Shown here one piece after another: positions 32,967-43,800 of a stretch of 64,000 nucleotides of DNA. Location: NCBI GenBank assembly GCA_044222185.1, contig JBGANV010000001.1:1440001-1504000 (forward strand), in the 5' to 3' direction. Position 1 is the first letter of the stretch, and every line of letters begins with the position of its first letter. Below the pieces are notes generated by a model, which saw nothing but the letters and a program-made list of their open reading frames with translations, was not told the origin of the DNA and ran no database searches. The translations under genes were made by a program, and so were the position numbers. The stretch comes from Planctomycetota bacterium. Lineage in GTDB: Bacteria; Planctomycetota; GCA-002687715; CAIWVZ01.

Positions 32967-33757
32967 GGGCCCGGCTTCCCAACGACCCCCTCGACCGGCG
33001 ACGACGCCGACCCGTACGGCTTCCGCGGAATCCGCCCGGATAGAAACGCGTCGTGTCCGGCCTCGCATGCGAGCCGCATGGCGCGCGCCATGCGAACCGG
33101 GTCCTTCGCCAGCGCGACGCCCGTGTTCAACAGCACGCCGTCGACGCCAAGTTCCATGGCGATCGCCACGTCCGACGCGGTGCCGACTCCGGCGTCCACG
33201 ATCACGGGGACGGTCGTCGGGCGCAGTTCCTCGATGAATCGGATGGCGAGCGGGTTCAGCACGCCCATCCCCGAGCCGATCGGCGAGCCCGCCGGCATGA
33301 TCGCCGCAGCCCCCGCATCGCACAGGCGCCGCGCGAGGATCGGGTCGTCGGAGGTATACACCATCACGGTGAACCCCTCGCGCGCGAGTTGGCGCGTCGC
33401 TTCGAGCGTCCCCACGGGATCGGGCAGCAGCGTGCGCTCGTCACCGAGGACTTCGAGCTTCACCAGGTCGGTGCCCAGAGCTTCCCGCCCCAAGCGCGCC
33501 GTCCGCGTGGCGAGATCCGCGTCGTAGCAACCCGCCGTGTTCGGAAGCAGCGCGATACGCCTGCGGTCGATGAAGTCGAGCAACGTCGGACCAGACTTCC
33601 CGGTGAGATCGACGCGCCGCACGGCGATCGTCACGAGGTCGACGCCGCCCGCCTCGTGGCACGCTCGCATCTCTTCGTTGGTGCGGTACTTCCCCGTTCC
33701 GAGGATCAGGCGCGATCGGAACCGGTGCGCGCCGACAGATAGGGCGAACTCGGACAT
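32963..33757 (-). CDS. thiG: Thiazole synthase
   Basis: [44 protein letters not shown]. Confidence 0.97.
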   Translation of the reverse strand: MSEFALSVGAHRFRSRLILGTGKYRTNEEMRACHEAGGVDLVTIAVRRVDLTGKSGPTLLDFIDRRRIALLPNTAGCYDADLATRTARLGREALGTDLVKLEVLGDERTLLPDPVGTLEATRQLAREGFTVMVYTSDDPILARRLCDAGAAAIMPAGSPIGSGMGVLNPLAIRFIEELRPTTVPVIVDAGVGTASDVAIAMELGVDGVLLNTGVALAKDPVRMARAMRLACEAGHDAFLSGRIPRKPYGSASSPVEGVVGKPGP

Positions 33758-33758
33758 T

Positions 33759-33959
33759 TCAGCCTCCACCCACGAACGAGACGATCTCGACTTCGTCGCC
33801 CTCGCGCAGGGCGCGCGTGGCGAACTCGGCGCGCGGCACGACCTCGCGGTTGACCTCGACGGCGACGAGTCTTCGCACGAGGTCGAGCGTCTCGAGGAGT
33901 TGCGAGACGCTCAACTCGCCGGCCAGGTCGCGTCCTTCACCATTGACCACCAGTCTCAC
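33759..33959 (-). CDS. thiS: Sulfur carrier protein
   Basis: 66 aa; [11 protein letters not shown]; C-terminal VGGG; adjacent to thiG. Confidence 0.95.
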   Translation of the reverse strand: MRLVVNGEGRDLAGELSVSQLLETLDLVRRLVAVEVNREVVPRAEFATRALREGDEVEIVSFVGGG

Positions 33960-35407
33960 GACGCGACTCCGTCGTGGGGCGCTGGCTCGTGCGTCGAATC
34001 ATCGTCCGCCGCGGGCACCGGCCCCTTGCGGATCTGCTCGACGCGATACTGGAGCGCGCGCCGCGTCAGCCCGAGCACACGTGCCGTACGGGAGAGGTTG
34101 CCTCCGCACCGCGCGAGGGCGCCCAGGATGATGTCCCGCTCGAGCTGATCGAGCGTGAGGTCGGTGTCGAACAACGTGTCGAGGGTCGACGACACCGTAC
34201 CGGCGGGCTTGCCGCCGCTGAGCACGACGTCCGCCGCCTCGATCTGCTCCCCGGGGGCGAGGACGACCGCGCGCTCGATGCAATTCTCCAACTCGCGAAC
34301 GTTGCCCGGCCACGAATAGGTCAGCAGCCTGTCGAGCGCGGCGCGGCTGAGCCCGCTGAAATGGCGGCCGTTCTGCTCGCAGAACCGAGTGAGGAAGTGC
34401 TGCGCGAGGACGGGCACGTCCTCCGCTCGCTCGCGAAGCGGCGGCATGACGATGGGGATGACGTTCAGCCGGTAGTAGAGGTCCTCCCGGAAGCGGCCCT
34501 CGCGGACCATCTCGGCGAGGTCGCGGTTCGTGGCCGCGAGCACCCGCACGTCCACTTGCTTCACGGCGTTCGACCCCAACGGCTCGATCTCGCGCTCCTG
34601 GAGCACGCGCAAGAGCTTGGGCTGGAGGTGCAGCGGGAGCTCACCGATCTCGTCCAGGAAGATCGTGCCTCCGTGGGCGGCCTCGAACTTGCCCTTGCGC
34701 TCACCGATGGCGCCAGTGAATGCCCCGCGCAGGTGGCCGAACAACTCGTCCTCGAGGAGGTTGTCCGGCATCGCGGCGCAGTTGACCTTCACGTAGGGTC
34801 CGTTCCGCCGCGGGCTCCGCACGTGGATGGTCCGCGCGACGAGTTCCTTGCCCGTGCCGGATTCGCCCATGATGAGTACGGTCGAGTGACTGTGGGCGAC
34901 CTGCTCGACCGCCGCCATCACGTCACGGATCCGCTTCGAGACTCCGATGACGGAGACTCGGTCTTGGAGGGCATCGACGGCCTCTCGCAGCCGCGTGTTC
35001 TCGTCCTCCAGCGACCGGAGGCGCATGGCCTTGCGGAGCTTCAGCACGAGTTCGTCGGTGTCTACGGGCTTCGTCACGAAGTCGAACACGCCGCGCCGCA
35101 TGGCCTCGACCGCCGTCTCGAGCGTGCCGAACGCCGTCGTGATGATGAACAGCGTCTCGCGTCGGATCTTCGTCACCTGCTCGTAGAGCTCGAGCCCGGT
35201 CATGCCCGGCATGCGGAAATCGGAGATGACGACCTCCGGGCGGAATCGGCGCACTTCTGCGAGGGCCTCGTTCGGAGAGAACACGGCGCGCGCGTCGAAG
35301 CCCTCGCCGGCGAGTACGTCGGCGAGAAGGCCCGCTTGGACGCGTTCGTCGTCCACGACGAGGACGCGAGGCTTGGAAGCAACCTGGCCCGCAGCGGCGG
35401 AAGTCAT
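33956..35407 (-). CDS. Sigma-54-dependent response regulator (NtrC/AtoC family)
   Basis: Receiver domain VLVVDDE/DFRMPG; [31 protein letters not shown]; Fis-type HTH. Confidence 0.95.
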   Translation of the reverse strand: MTSAAAGQVASKPRVLVVDDERVQAGLLADVLAGEGFDARAVFSPNEALAEVRRFRPEVVISDFRMPGMTGLELYEQVTKIRRETLFIITTAFGTLETAVEAMRRGVFDFVTKPVDTDELVLKLRKAMRLRSLEDENTRLREAVDALQDRVSVIGVSKRIRDVMAAVEQVAHSHSTVLIMGESGTGKELVARTIHVRSPRRNGPYVKVNCAAMPDNLLEDELFGHLRGAFTGAIGERKGKFEAAHGGTIFLDEIGELPLHLQPKLLRVLQEREIEPLGSNAVKQVDVRVLAATNRDLAEMVREGRFREDLYYRLNVIPIVMPPLRERAEDVPVLAQHFLTRFCEQNGRHFSGLSRAALDRLLTYSWPGNVRELENCIERAVVLAPGEQIEAADVVLSGGKPAGTVSSTLDTLFDTDLTLDQLERDIILGALARCGGNLSRTARVLGLTRRALQYRVEQIRKGPVPAADDDSTHEPAPHDGVAS

Positions 35408-35432
35408 CGAGCGGAGTGTATCACCCGTGCCG

Positions 35433-36755
35433 TCAGACGAAGCTACGCGGGAGCGTGATCGTCACGACGCATCCGCCACCTTGGGCCGAGGCCGCGTCCA
35501 CGACGCCTCCGTGGCAGTCGACGTACGTCTTCGCGATGGTCAGCCCCAACCCGAGCGCGTGATCTCGCGCCGAGTAGTACGGCTCGAAGATGGAGCGTAG
35601 CCGTGCCTCGTCGAGGACTTCCCCCGTGTCGCGGATCGCGAGCCAGAGTTCGCTGCGCTTGCCCTGCAGCCTCACCGTGATCGCCCCGCCCGTCGTCCCC
35701 GTCATCGCATCGACGGCGTTCTGCAGCGTCGCGCTGACCACCTGGGCGATCTTCTCCCGATCGCCGCGCATGGTCGTCTGCCCGGAATGTTGCCAATCGA
35801 GGCGGATTCCCATGTCGGCCAGGAGCGGCGCGAACGACGCGAGGACCGTGTCGACCACCTCCTTCAAGTCGAAGGTGGTGACGGTGAGGTCACCCAGCCG
35901 TGCAAAACGGACGAAGTTGTCCACGACCTTCTTGATCTTCCCGATCTCTCCGTAGACACGTTCGAAATCGCGCGTGCGCATCCGGGCCTCGCCCACCTGC
36001 TCCTTCATCGCGCGTTCGATCAGTTGGACGGAGAGGTTCACCGAGTTCAGCGGATTGCGGAGCTCGTGGGCGATTCCGCCCGCGACTTCGCCGATCGCTT
36101 TCAGTCGCACACCCCGCTCCCGCTCTCGATGCGCCGACAGGACGCCCCGGCGGCTCACGAGGAATGCCAGGACGGCCAGCATGTAGATGACGAGGCCGAC
36201 GATGATGGTTCCTTCACGCAGGCGGCGCAGGAACGAGTCTTCGAGCCCGACGATGGCGGCGAACTGGAGGTGGACGTTCACCTTCGCGGCCTGGCTTCGA
36301 TCCACTCCGGTCGGCGGGACGACGAATGCGGCGACGGCACGCCGGTGGTCCGGCGCACCGGGCCCGAGGACGACGCGGATTCCGGCTCCGCCGGGCTCGA
36401 CGAACGGCACATCGGCAAGCTTGTAGTTGCCGATGACGGCGGCGGGCTGGCCGTCGGGAAGCCGGACCACGACCCCCACGAGATATGGAAGGGCGCGGAA
36501 GGCCTCCTCGAGCGGACTGTCGAGCTGGCTCCAGGTTTCCGCGCTGTCGGGCCTTCGTCCCTCGAGCGCGACCGTGAGTTTCTCCTGGTAGGCAGTCCCC
36601 GCATGGACGGCGCGCGCCCCGAAATTCACCTCGACAAGCTCGGCGACGGCGTCTCCGCTCCAGACGACGAAGTAGCTGAGGAGCACGCCACCAGCGATTG
36701 CAACCGCGATCGTGGCCCAGGCAAAGCGTCGGTGCGGATCGGGGGGGCGGTTCAT
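35433..36755 (-). CDS. Membrane sensor histidine kinase
   Basis: Two TM helices; H-box IAHELRNPL; N-box LQNAVDA; DTG and GLGL boxes. Confidence 0.92.
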   Translation of the reverse strand: MNRPPDPHRRFAWATIAVAIAGGVLLSYFVVWSGDAVAELVEVNFGARAVHAGTAYQEKLTVALEGRRPDSAETWSQLDSPLEEAFRALPYLVGVVVRLPDGQPAAVIGNYKLADVPFVEPGGAGIRVVLGPGAPDHRRAVAAFVVPPTGVDRSQAAKVNVHLQFAAIVGLEDSFLRRLREGTIIVGLVIYMLAVLAFLVSRRGVLSAHRERERGVRLKAIGEVAGGIAHELRNPLNSVNLSVQLIERAMKEQVGEARMRTRDFERVYGEIGKIKKVVDNFVRFARLGDLTVTTFDLKEVVDTVLASFAPLLADMGIRLDWQHSGQTTMRGDREKIAQVVSATLQNAVDAMTGTTGGAITVRLQGKRSELWLAIRDTGEVLDEARLRSIFEPYYSARDHALGLGLTIAKTYVDCHGGVVDAASAQGGGCVVTITLPRSFV

Positions 36756-36841
36756 CTGAAAGGGCGAAACGAAGGCCGGAATCCGGTGGTGCGCGACCTT
36801 CTGGCGTGGTCGACGGCGTGATTCAACGCCCGCGCGCCGCC

Positions 36842-36869
36842 TTGACGACGCGCGACAGCTGAGTAATCT
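36842..36869 (+). promoter_or_regulatory. Candidate sigma-70 promoter for nusA operon
   Basis: TTGACG-16 nt-TAATCT upstream of the leader hairpin. Confidence 0.55.
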
Positions 36870-36918
36870 ACCGTCGCTTCAACAGGTTGTGCGCCCGGAT
36901 CATTCCGAGCGGGGCCGG

Positions 36919-36947
36919 AAAGTGGGGTTACCCACTTTATTTTTTTT
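36919..36947 (+). terminator. Leader hairpin / intrinsic terminator (attenuator) upstream of nusA
   Basis: AAAGTGGG-GTTA-CCCACTTT followed by A-T8; an AT-rich patch in a GC-rich context, about 70 nt before the nusA ATG. Confidence 0.8.
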
Positions 36948-37016
36948 CGCGCGGCATCGGGTCGTGCGGCGGCCACGCCCGACCGAACCGGCAGCGACAC
37001 TTCCGAGGGACGCACC

Positions 37017-38117
37017 ATGGCCGGGAATCCCGAACTGCTCCGACTCGTGGACATGATCCATCGAGAGAAGGACATTTCGCCCGAGGTTCTGTTCGAGGCC
37101 CTGGAGTCGGCGGTCGCCGCTGCGGTCCACAAGCGGTACTCAGACCTCGACGAGGTCCGCGTCACGATCGATCGTCGAAGTGGCGAGATCCGCGGTTTCC
37201 GCAACGGCGTCGAAGTCCCTTCGCCGGAACTCGGCCGAATCGCAGCACAGACCGCAAAGCAAGTCATTATCCAGAAGATCCGCGAAGCGGAGCAGAACGC
37301 GATCCTCGGCGAATACGAGGCGCGCCGGCGCGAACTCGTGACCGGAACGATCATTCGGTTCGAGCGCGACGACGTCATCGTGACGGTCGGGAACGGCGAA
37401 GCCGTGCTCCCCCGCAGCGAGCGGGTGCGCGGCGAGAACTATCACATCGGAGATCGCATCCGCGCCATCATCACCGACGTGCGAAAGGTCGGTTCGCGGG
37501 TTCGGATCGTGTTGTCGCGGACTCACCCGGACCTCATCCGGCGGCTCTTCGAACTCGAAGTGCCGGAGATCGCTGACGGAATCATCGAGATCAAGCATCT
37601 GGCGCGAGAGCCTGGCTATCGCACCAAGATCGCGGTCTCGTCGAACGACGCGAAGATCGACTGCCTCGGAGCTTGTGTCGGCGTCCGCGGAAGCCGCATC
37701 CGCAACGTCATCGACGAGCTCAACAACGAGAAGGTCGACATCATCCGCTGGAACGACTCGGCGGAGGTTCTCATCATGAACGCCCTCAAGCCGGCGGAGA
37801 TCCAGAGCATCACTCTGTACGACGACACCGGCAAGGCCGAAGTGGTCGTCGCGGACGATCAGCTCTCGCTCGCGATCGGCAAGAAGGGGCAGAATGTCCG
37901 CCTGGCAGCCAAGCTGACGGGTTGGGACATCAACATCGTGTCGGCGTCGGATGCTTCGGTGCAGGCCTCGGCAGCAGCAGGCGAGGGCGGCGATGCTGCG
38001 CTGAGTCCGGCGGATGAAGCGGATGGTGCGTCCACCGACGAGGCTCCCGCGGGTGAGGAACCCGCGGCCGAGCCGCCGTCTGGTGATGTCGAGTCCGGGT
38101 CCACGCCCGCCGCCTGA
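37017..38117 (+). CDS. nusA: Transcription termination factor NusA
   Basis: LGRIAAQTAKQVIIQKIREAE, AREPGYRTKIAV, GACVGVRGSRI, AIGKKGQNVRLA; acidic tail. Confidence 0.97.
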   Translation: MAGNPELLRLVDMIHREKDISPEVLFEALESAVAAAVHKRYSDLDEVRVTIDRRSGEIRGFRNGVEVPSPELGRIAAQTAKQVIIQKIREAEQNAILGEYEARRRELVTGTIIRFERDDVIVTVGNGEAVLPRSERVRGENYHIGDRIRAIITDVRKVGSRVRIVLSRTHPDLIRRLFELEVPEIADGIIEIKHLAREPGYRTKIAVSSNDAKIDCLGACVGVRGSRIRNVIDELNNEKVDIIRWNDSAEVLIMNALKPAEIQSITLYDDTGKAEVVVADDQLSLAIGKKGQNVRLAAKLTGWDINIVSASDASVQASAAAGEGGDAALSPADEADGASTDEAPAGEEPAAEPPSGDVESGSTPAA

Positions 38118-38185
38118 CCGGCGGGGTGCTGGCAATTCGAAAGGTTGAGTGCGGGAGGTCCCGCCTCGGAACGCAGCAGGAGCCT

Positions 38186-40981
38186 ATGCCGAAGATCAGG
38201 GTGCACCAGCTCGCCAAAGAGCTCGACATCGACTCGAAGGTCGTGATGGACATCGCGTACAAGCACGGCATCGAGGTGAAGAACCACATGTCGGCGCTCG
38301 ACACGAGCGACGAGTTCATGCTGCGTGCCTACCTGGAGAATCTACGGCCGAAGAAGCAGGCTCCGCCCCCTCCTCCAGAGGTGAAATCGATCGAGGCCGT
38401 GCTCACCGAGTCCCTGACATCGCTCGCCGGCGGCTCGCGGGACGACGGCGCCGGCACCGCAGTGGAGACTCGCCCCCAGGAGGCGCGTCCTGAGCGGCCC
38501 GTGGCGCGCGAGATCCGCGTGGTCCGGCCAGCCGCCTCGGCGCCGGCACCGGCGCCCGCCCCGGCCGAGGCCGAGGTGGAGGAGGTCGTCGAGCCGGAAC
38601 CGGCGGTCGCCGAGACCGTCGCCGAGCCCGCTGGGTGGGAAGAGCCCACCGTCGTCGACGAGCCCACGCCGCCGGTCGCCGCCCCCACCGAGGTGCCTCC
38701 GCACACGCCCGCCGCACCGCCGCCTCCCCCACCCCGCGCTCCTGCCCGCAGCGTCGTCGCCCGGCCGGCGGGTTCCCCCGTACAAGGCGAACCGGCCCGC
38801 CCGGCAGCCGCGTCGACCGAAGTCCCGACACGAGTCGTCACGCCGCCGCGGACCGTCACCGCAACGCCGGCACGGCCCGGCGACCCCAAGGTCGTCTCTC
38901 GAGAAGTCCCGACCCAGCGTCGCACGGGAGAGATCCTCGGTCGCCGCGAGCTTCCGCCGCCGCGCCCGCCGGCGGAAACGAGCGCCCCAGGCCGAAGCCA
39001 GGCCGGCGCAGGCGGCTCGGGGCTGATCGTCTCGCGCCAGGAAGGCTCGAAGCGCACGTTCATCATGACCGGCCGAGGCCGGCCACCGCAGCGATCCGGC
39101 GGCCCCGGCGGCCCACCGACGCAGCAGCGTCCCGGAACTCGCGGACCGGGCGGCCCCGGCGGTCGTGGCCCCGCGTCCCGGCAGGGCGAAGGCCCTCAAG
39201 AACCAGTCGGTCCGCGGAAGCTCGAAATCCAGATGCCCGTGACGGTCAAGGCGCTTTCCGAAGCGCTGGGCGTCAAGGCCAACGTGCTGATCCAGAAACT
39301 GTTCATGGATCACAGCATCGCCGCCAAGATCAACGACCAGTTGACCCAGGAGACGGTCGAGCTGCTGGGCATCGAGTTCAACTGCGAGATCAAGACGAAG
39401 GAGGCGGCGGACGTCGAGACGGAAGCCCTCCGCAAGCTCGAGTCCGATTGGGTCGACAGCCCGACAGATCTGATGGTCCGTGCACCGATCGTCACGTTCC
39501 TCGGCCACGTCGACCACGGCAAGACGTCGCTCCTCGACGCAATCCGTCGCACGAACATCGCGGCGAAGGAGCACGGTGGAATCACGCAGCACATCGGTGC
39601 GAGCCTCGTCCAGGTCGGACCGGGCAAGGCCGTCGTGTTCCTCGACACGCCGGGTCACAAGGCGTTCACGGAGATGCGTGCTCGCGGTGCCAACATCACG
39701 GACGTCGTCGTCCTCGTCGTCGCCGCCGACGACGGCGTGATGCCGCAGACGAAGGAAGCCATCGCCCACGCGAAGGCCGCGAAGGTGCCGATCGTCGTGG
39801 CGGTCAACAAGTGCGACCTCCCGGCGGCGAACCCACAGCGCGTCAGGCAGGAACTCACGAACGAAGGGCTCCAGCCCGAAGAGTGGGGCGGCACCACGTT
39901 CTTCGCAGACGTCTCGGCCCTCACCGGCAAGGGGCTTCCGGCACTCCTGGAGCGCCTGGCACTCGAGAGCGAGATGCTCGAGTTGCGCGCCAACCCCAAG
40001 CGCCCTGCAAGCGGAACCGTCATCGAAGCCGAGCAGAGCCGGGGCGAGGGCAACACGGCCCGGATCCTCATCGTCAACGGCACGCTCAAGAAGGGCGACG
40101 TCTTCGTTTGCGGTATCGCACACGGCCGCGTTCGCGCCCTGAAGAACGATACCGGCAGGTTCATCGCCGAGGCCGGCCCGGCGACCCCGATCGAGATCGC
40201 GGGCCTGAACGAGCTGCCGCGCGCCGGCGACAAGTTCTACGTCCTGGACGACGTCGCGAAGGCGAAAGAGATCGCGGACAAGCGCATGCAGCAGCTGCGT
40301 GAGCGTGAGCTCGCGCGCCAGGCCCACGTCTCCCTCGAGAAGCTGTTCGAGAAGCTCAAGGGCGACTCGCTCAAGATCATCCTCAAGACGGACGTGGACG
40401 GATCCCTCGAAGTGCTCAAGAAGGAGATCAAGGACCTCGCCCACCCGGAAATCCGGCCCGAGGTCATCCATGCCGCCGTCGGTGGGATCACGGAAACGGA
40501 CGTGGCGCTCGCCGATGCCTCGGATGCCATCATCCTCGGCTTCCACGTCTCCGCCGACCTCGCCTCTCGCCGCCTCGCGGAGGAGAAGAAGGTCGAGATC
40601 CGCATCTACCACATCATCTACAAGCTGGTGGAAGAGCTGAAGCTCGCCCTCGAAGGCCGGCTGCGCCCCGAAGAGAAGGAGAACATCACGGGTCGCGCCG
40701 AGGTGCGGCAGACGTGGAAGGTCTCCAAGATCGGGACGATCGCCGGCTGCTTCGTCGTCGATGGCACGATCAAGCGCGCGAGCAAGCTGCGCGTGTCGCG
40801 CGGCGGCATCGTCGTGCACGACGGCGAGATGGGATCGTTGCGCCGCCTGAAGGACGACGTCCGCGAAGTCACGCAAGGGTTCGAGTGTGGCATCGTCGTC
40901 GCCAAGTTCGACAACATCGAGGTCGGCGACACGATCGAGGCCTACGAGATCGAACAGATCCGCCGCACGCTGGACGGGTGA
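38186..40981 (+). CDS. infB: Translation initiation factor IF-2
   Basis: [11 protein letters not shown]; Pro/Ala-rich linker; [23 protein letters not shown]. Confidence 0.97.
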   Translation: MPKIRVHQLAKELDIDSKVVMDIAYKHGIEVKNHMSALDTSDEFMLRAYLENLRPKKQAPPPPPEVKSIEAVLTESLTSLAGGSRDDGAGTAVETRPQEARPERPVAREIRVVRPAASAPAPAPAPAEAEVEEVVEPEPAVAETVAEPAGWEEPTVVDEPTPPVAAPTEVPPHTPAAPPPPPPRAPARSVVARPAGSPVQGEPARPAAASTEVPTRVVTPPRTVTATPARPGDPKVVSREVPTQRRTGEILGRRELPPPRPPAETSAPGRSQAGAGGSGLIVSRQEGSKRTFIMTGRGRPPQRSGGPGGPPTQQRPGTRGPGGPGGRGPASRQGEGPQEPVGPRKLEIQMPVTVKALSEALGVKANVLIQKLFMDHSIAAKINDQLTQETVELLGIEFNCEIKTKEAADVETEALRKLESDWVDSPTDLMVRAPIVTFLGHVDHGKTSLLDAIRRTNIAAKEHGGITQHIGASLVQVGPGKAVVFLDTPGHKAFTEMRARGANITDVVVLVVAADDGVMPQTKEAIAHAKAAKVPIVVAVNKCDLPAANPQRVRQELTNEGLQPEEWGGTTFFADVSALTGKGLPALLERLALESEMLELRANPKRPASGTVIEAEQSRGEGNTARILIVNGTLKKGDVFVCGIAHGRVRALKNDTGRFIAEAGPATPIEIAGLNELPRAGDKFYVLDDVAKAKEIADKRMQQLRERELARQAHVSLEKLFEKLKGDSLKIILKTDVDGSLEVLKKEIKDLAHPEIRPEVIHAAVGGITETDVALADASDAIILGFHVSADLASRRLAEEKKVEIRIYHIIYKLVEELKLALEGRLRPEEKENITGRAEVRQTWKVSKIGTIAGCFVVDGTIKRASKLRVSRGGIVVHDGEMGSLRRLKDDVREVTQGFECGIVVAKFDNIEVGDTIEAYEIEQIRRTLDG

Positions 40982-41048
40982 TCGGAGTGGCTGCCCGAGC
41001 CCCGGCCTGGCCGTAACGCCAGCCGGGGCGACGGTCACGCGTGACACC

Positions 41049-41465
41049 ATGACCAACCCGCGCATCGCACGTCTTCAGGAGCTCATCCACGAGAAGATCG
41101 CCACCATGCTGTTGCGCGATCTCCAGGATCCGCGGTTGCAGCTGACCACGATCTCGAAGGTCGTGCTGTCGCCGGACGTGGAGTTCTGCAAGGTGTACTG
41201 GTCGACGCTGAAGGAAGGCGGCGCCAGGAGCGCGACGGAGTTCGCCCTCAGCTCTGCGCGCGCCTACATCCAGCGCGAAGTCGCCAGGACGCTCCGCACG
41301 CGGAAAGCCCCGCACCTGGAGTTCCATTACGATCCGTCCGTCGCTGGCGCGGCACGGATCCAGGAGCTGATTCGCAAGGTCCGCGCCGAGGACGACGCTC
41401 GCCACCGCCCGGCGGCCGATGCGGCCCCGCCTGCGGGCAATGCCCCCGAGAAGACCGACGCATGA
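41049..41465 (+). CDS. rbfA: Ribosome-binding factor A
   Basis: LQDPRL, VVLSPDV..KVY, RKAPHLEFHYDPS; follows infB. Confidence 0.93.
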   Translation: MTNPRIARLQELIHEKIATMLLRDLQDPRLQLTTISKVVLSPDVEFCKVYWSTLKEGGARSATEFALSSARAYIQREVARTLRTRKAPHLEFHYDPSVAGAARIQELIRKVRAEDDARHRPAADAAPPAGNAPEKTDA

Positions 41466-42532
41466 GCTCCCGGGAGGGCTTCGAGAACATCGGGATCATC
41501 CGACTCTCGTCGGTGGGCGACGTCATCATGGCGCTTCCCGCACTCGAAGCGCTGAAGCGGCGGCACCCCAACGCGCGGATCTCGTGGGTCGTGGAGAGCC
41601 GCGCGAAGAACATCCTCGAGGGGCATCCGCTCATCGACGAGTTGATCGAGTTCCCCAGGACACGCTGGCGGAACATGTGGAAGGAGCGGTTCGGCGTGCT
41701 CAGGAGCATCCCGGACATCGCACGCTTCTACCGCCTCCTCCGCTCGAAGAAGTTCGATCTCACGATCGACTTCCAAGGCAACCTCAAGAGCGCGGCGTGC
41801 ACGGTCTTCGCCGGAGCGCCGGTGAAGATCGGCTATGCGCATGAGGAGTGCCGCGAGCCGAATTGGCTCTTCACGAACAGGCGGCTCTCGGTCAGCGGCA
41901 ACGCGTTCCACCGCGTACATCGCGACCTCCTCCTCGCCGGTCTCGCGGACGCGCCGTTCGAATACACGCAGCCCCAGATCCACTACGCGGAGGCGGACAA
42001 GCTCGTAGCCGAGGAGTTCTTCGCGGCGCTGCCGGCGGGCGGCCCCATCGTCCTGATGCACCCGGGCACCAGCGACTTCATGCCGCACAAGCGGTGGCCC
42101 CTCCCCGACTATGCGGAGTTGGGCAAGCGCCTGGAGCGCGAGGTCGGAGCGCGCGTGATCGTGACGTGGGGCCCCGGCGAGGACGCGATGGCCTCGGCGC
42201 TCCGCGACCTCTCCGATGGGACGTTCACCGTCGCCCCGAAGACTCCGTCCATGAAGAGCCTCGGGTGGTTCCTGCGCAAGGCACGCCTCGTCATCGGGGG
42301 CGACACGGGCCCGGTCCACCTGGCCGTCATGCAGGGAATCGACGCCATCGTGATCCTGGGACCTGGCGATCCGCGGCACTACTACCCGCTCGGACACCCT
42401 GAGCGCGCGTTCTATCGCCGCGTCCCGTGTTCGCCATGCCGCAACCGCAGCTGCAAGGATCTCGTCTGTCTGACGGAGATCCGGCCCGCGGCAATCGGCG
42501 ACCGATGCCTCGAGATCCTCGGCGCGAGCTGA
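41462..42532 (+). CDS. Glycosyltransferase family 9 (LPS heptosyltransferase-like)
   Basis: IIRLSSVGDV, IDFQG, HPG..KRWP, GGDTGPVHLA. Confidence 0.92.
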   Translation: MSSREGFENIGIIRLSSVGDVIMALPALEALKRRHPNARISWVVESRAKNILEGHPLIDELIEFPRTRWRNMWKERFGVLRSIPDIARFYRLLRSKKFDLTIDFQGNLKSAACTVFAGAPVKIGYAHEECREPNWLFTNRRLSVSGNAFHRVHRDLLLAGLADAPFEYTQPQIHYAEADKLVAEEFFAALPAGGPIVLMHPGTSDFMPHKRWPLPDYAELGKRLEREVGARVIVTWGPGEDAMASALRDLSDGTFTVAPKTPSMKSLGWFLRKARLVIGGDTGPVHLAVMQGIDAIVILGPGDPRHYYPLGHPERAFYRRVPCSPCRNRSCKDLVCLTEIRPAAIGDRCLEILGAS

Positions 42533-42579
42533 ACCGCGCCGCGCGGCCGTCGCCAGACGTGCGTGATAAGCTCGGTGCC

Positions 42580-43734
42580 ATGGCACGCCTGCGGCTCCTC
42601 GCACTCACACTCCTCATCGCCGGCGGCTCGTCGCTCCGGCGCGGCGATGCGGATGCCGCAGCACGGACGCCCCTCTCGACACCCGTCGAGGTCGCGTCTG
42701 CGGTCGATGACGCCGAGATTGCCGCCGCGGTTTCCCGGGGTCTCGCGTTCCTGGCGTCGACCCAACACGCCAATGGATGCTGGACCGGTGACGTGGGTCA
42801 CAAGCAGATGGACGACTACCTCGTCTACGTCTCGAAGGAGATGCAGGACACCGCGGGCCAGGGGAACGTCGGAGTGACGGCGCTCGCGGGCCTCGCGTTC
42901 CTCGCCAACGGGCAGGTCCCAGGCCGAGGCCCCAAGAGCCGCATCGTCGAGAAGACGATCGGTTACGTGCTCGACCGGACGAGCCAGCACCACGGAGCCG
43001 AGGGCTACATCGCCGACAGCGACACGCGCATGTACGAACACGCGTTCGCAACGCTGTTCCTCTCTCAGGCATTCGGCATGACGCCCATGCGGCGGGCCGA
43101 CGTGGAACGGAAACTCAAGGCGGCCGTGGCACTCATCGTGGACTGTCAGAACCAGTTCGGCGCCTGGCGTTATGGGCCGTACACGAGCGAAGCAGACCTC
43201 TCGGTCACCGTCTGCCAGGTCCAGGCGCTTCGCGCCGCGCGCGACGCCGGCATCGCCGTCCCCAAGCGGTGCATCGATCGCGTTCTCGCCTACATCCAGG
43301 ACAGCCGGATCCCCAGCGGCTCCAGCCAGGGCTGCTTCTACTACAAGATTCGCGGCACGGCGGCATACACGAAGACGTCCTTTGCGATCAACGCGGCGGC
43401 AGCCACGGCGCTTCAGAGCGCGGGCATCTACGAGGAACGCGAGTACGCCCGTGCGCTCGACTTCATCGAGGCCGAGTACCCGACGACGAGTCGCTACTTC
43501 GGCACGCACTTCTACTTCTGGTACGGCAACTACTACGCCGCGCAGGCCATGCGCCTCGCCGGTGGCGAGAGATGGAATCGCTACTGGCCGCGCCTCGTCC
43601 GCGATCTCCTCGGCCGCCAGCTCGCAGACGGCCGCTGGAGGAACGACACGGGCCCGGGCGACGAATTCGCGACCGCCGTGGCGTGTCTGATCCTCCAGAT
43701 CCCGAACGCGTGGCTGCCGATCTTCCAGAAGTGA
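42580..43734 (+). CDS. Exported prenyltransferase/squalene-oxidase repeat (alpha/alpha toroid) protein
   Basis: QW-like repeats LASTQHANGCW, QNQFGAWRY, QLADGRW; MYEHAFATL; DLSVT; YYAAQAM. Confidence 0.85.
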   Translation: MARLRLLALTLLIAGGSSLRRGDADAAARTPLSTPVEVASAVDDAEIAAAVSRGLAFLASTQHANGCWTGDVGHKQMDDYLVYVSKEMQDTAGQGNVGVTALAGLAFLANGQVPGRGPKSRIVEKTIGYVLDRTSQHHGAEGYIADSDTRMYEHAFATLFLSQAFGMTPMRRADVERKLKAAVALIVDCQNQFGAWRYGPYTSEADLSVTVCQVQALRAARDAGIAVPKRCIDRVLAYIQDSRIPSGSSQGCFYYKIRGTAAYTKTSFAINAAAATALQSAGIYEEREYARALDFIEAEYPTTSRYFGTHFYFWYGNYYAAQAMRLAGGERWNRYWPRLVRDLLGRQLADGRWRNDTGPGDEFATAVACLILQIPNAWLPIFQK

Positions 43735-43800
43735 ACGTGCCGCCGAAACGGCGCCCGCGCCCGGAGGAGGGCGCTCGTCCGAGAGCCTCGCCAGACCCGC

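Noticed and set aside
38340-39210. Pro/Ala/Gly-rich low-complexity stretch in infB
   Set aside because: A normal variable IF-2 N-terminal linker in high-GC bacteria.
42580-43734. Squalene-hopene cyclase
   Set aside because: Too short, apparently exported and lacking DXDD; only QW-like repeats are present.
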